Positions 61,726-64,000 of a DNA stretch of 64,000 bases are shown here, piece by piece. Under the pieces are notes generated by a model, which was not told the origin of the DNA, did no database searches, and saw only the letters and a list, made by a program, of their open reading frames with translations. Location of the stretch: assembly GCF_046119375.1 (NCBI RefSeq), contig NW_027362769.1:362576001-362640000 (forward strand), read 5' to 3'. The DNA comes from Phyllobates terribilis (Eukaryota). Made by a program: the position numbers and the translations under genes. Each line of letters opens with the position of its first letter. Position 1 is the stretch's first letter.

Positions 61726-63720
61726 TGCAGGAACCAACTAGAGGGATGGCCCTTTTAGCCTTAATATTAACTAACAGGCCAGACAGAATAACTGAGGTGC
61801 AGGTCGGGGGGCACCTGGGAAATAGTGACCACAACATTATACAATTCCACATGTGCTTCAGTAGGGTGCCCAGCAAGGGAGTCACAAAAACGCTGAACTT
61901 CAGGAGGGCAAAGTTTGATCAGCTAAGAGATGCCCTTCACCTTATAGACTGGGATAGTATCTTCAGTAATAGGAGCATGGATAGAAGATGGGAAATTTTC
62001 AAAACAGTCCTACATAGTCACTGTAGAAGGTGCATACCTTATGGGAATAAAAGGGCTAGGAATAGGAGGAAGCCAATGTGGCTAAATAAGGAAGTCAAGA
62101 GGGCAATGAAAAACAAAAAAAGGGCTTTCAGTAAACTTAAACAAGAAGGCAGCGAGGAAGCGCTAATATCTTATAGGGAAAAAAACAAAATCTGTAAGAA
62201 ACAAATAAGAATAGCAAAAGAGGAGACAGAGAGACTAATTGCCAAGGAAAGTAAAACGAATCCCAAACTGTTCTTTAACTATATAAACAGTAAAAGGATT
62301 AAAACTGATGGAGTTGGCCCATTGAAAAATAACCTGGGTAAAATCATAGAGGGCGATGAGGGTAAAGCAAACCTACTCAATAGCTTCTTCTCCACTGTTT
62401 TCACAAAAGAAAACAATTTATTGGAGGAAATGTAGAGTGATAAAGTAAACCCTCCGCTAAATATCACCCACCTAACCCAGGAGGAAGTTCAGAAACGCCT
62501 AAATAATATAAAATAGACAAGTCACCAGGCCCAGATGGCATACACCCCCGGGTACTAAAATAATTAAGTAATGTGATAGACAGACCGCTGTATCTTATAT
62601 TCAAGTACTCTTTATGGACAGGGACCGTCCCACTAGACTGACGCCAAGCAAACGTGGTACCAATATTCAAAAAGGGGTCTAAAAGTGACCCTGGGAACTA
62701 TTAACCAGTAAGCTTAATGTCTGTTGTGGGTAAATTGTTTGAAGGATTTCTTAGAGATGCTATTGTAGAATATCTTAATGATAAAAACTGTCTAACTCAA
62801 TATCAACTTGGATTCATGAGGGATTGCTCCTGCCAAACAAACCTGATCGCCTTCTACAAGGAGGCGAGCTCACAGCTGGACCGGGGAGAGTCAGTGGATG
62901 TTGTATACCTTGACTTCTCCAAAGCGTTTGATACCGTGCCACACAATAGGTTGGTATATAAAATGAGAATGCTTGGTCTGGGGGATAATGTGTGCAAGTG
63001 GGTAAATAGCTGGCTGAGTGATAGAAAGCAGAGGGTGGTTATCAATGGAGTAAGCTCAGGGTGTGTCAGGGTTACTAGCGGGGTGCCTCAAGGGTCTGTC
63101 TTGGGCCCTATATTATTTAAAATATTTATTAATGATCTAGTGGAAGGGTTGCATAGTAAAATAGCAATATTTGCAGATAATACTAAACTTTGTAAAGTAG
63201 TTAATACAGATGAGGATAGGGCACAGCTACAGGAGGATTTAGATAAATTGGGGAGTTGGGCCAAAAAATGGCAAATGGGGTTCAATGACGATAAATGTAA
63301 GGTCATGCACATGGGAAAGAAAAACAGCAGTCACCCATACATATTAAATGGGAAACCGTTGGGGACATCTGACATGGAGAAGGACCTGGGCGTCTTGGTT
63401 AACAGCAAATTAAATTGGAGTGCCCAGTGTCAGGCAGCAGCTGCGAAGGCAAATAGAGTCATGGCATGCATCAGAAGAGGAATAGGGGCATATGATGAGA
63501 ACATTGTTCTTCCTCTGGATAAAGCGCTGGTAAGGCCGCACTTAGAATATTGTGCACAGTTCTGGGCTCCGGTGCTCAGGAAAGACATATTGGAGCTAGA
63601 GAGGGTACAAAGCAGGGCGACTAAGGTAATAAAGGAAATGGAGGGACTAGAATACCCAGAGAGGTTGTCAAAATTAGGCCTATTTACGTTGGAAAAGAGA
63701 AGGCTTAGGGGAGACCTCAT
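61726..63720 (+). mobile_element. CR1 LINE ORF2, 5'-truncated and disrupted
   Basis: EPTRG..LILTN..LGNSDHNII (end of endonuclease), VVYLDFSKAFDTVPH, GVPQGSVLGP, IFADNTKL, RRLRGDLI; stops and frameshifts; interrupted at 63721. Confidence 0.92.
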
Positions 63721-64000
63721 TAGAGATGAGCGGTGTTCTACTAGAACTGTTCGCCAATCTCAAATTCGAGCTGTTTTGGGCGGTGTTCGAGTCGTTCGAC
63801 GAACGCGAACGATTTGAAAAAAATTCAGCTCTTCGAGGTTATGTTCGATAACTGTTCGTGCACCAAAAGCGTGTCCTGCATGTCTGGCGCTATTTAGAGC
63901 ACCAATCATGCAGGGATTGTCTGCCACTCACTGTAATGCCACAGCCATGGTGGTTGTGGCATTACAATGATTGCCCAAATCGTTGGGAACAGTGCTCACA
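63721..64000 (+). mobile_element. hAT-family element terminus (continues beyond the window)
   Basis: Starts TAGAGATGAGCG like the other hAT termini; subterminal motif ATGCAGGGATTG..CACTGTAATGCC matches the reverse complement of ~51335-51400. Confidence 0.7.

Overview
Eukaryotic genomic DNA, most likely an anuran amphibian (inferred from the repeat types, not verified). The core is a partly decayed replication-dependent histone cluster, all on the minus strand: a 3' fragment of H2B, then H4, H3 and H1. No H2A is present. The block 12945-30349 is tandemly duplicated as 30350-48780, with the breakpoint inside H4. This gives second intact H3 and H1 genes and a tail-only H4 remnant. The rest is dense, nested transposable-element sequence: a TTAA piggyBac-like non-autonomous element, hAT MITEs, a decayed hAT transposase, a Helitron, a Penelope-like element with a hammerhead ribozyme, a chromodomain Gypsy (two copies via the duplication), tRNA-Ser-primed Gypsy elements (one nested in the LTR of a relative), a CR1 LINE, and 37-, 52- and ~153-bp tandem repeats. 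Three observations stand out. (1) A tRNA-Ser-primed LTR element has a cold-shock-domain protein as its only visible ORF, at the gag position, and shares LTR-end and 3'-UTR motifs with the gag-pol Gypsy in this window. (2) A second PBS-like copy sits inside every LTR of this lineage and co-varies with the tRNA-Ser isoacceptor used. (3) The 37-bp minisatellite behind H1 is a tandem amplification of the histone mRNA 3'-processing signal (stem-loop 3' arm plus U7-binding element). All alignments and counts were done by eye; no database searches were run.
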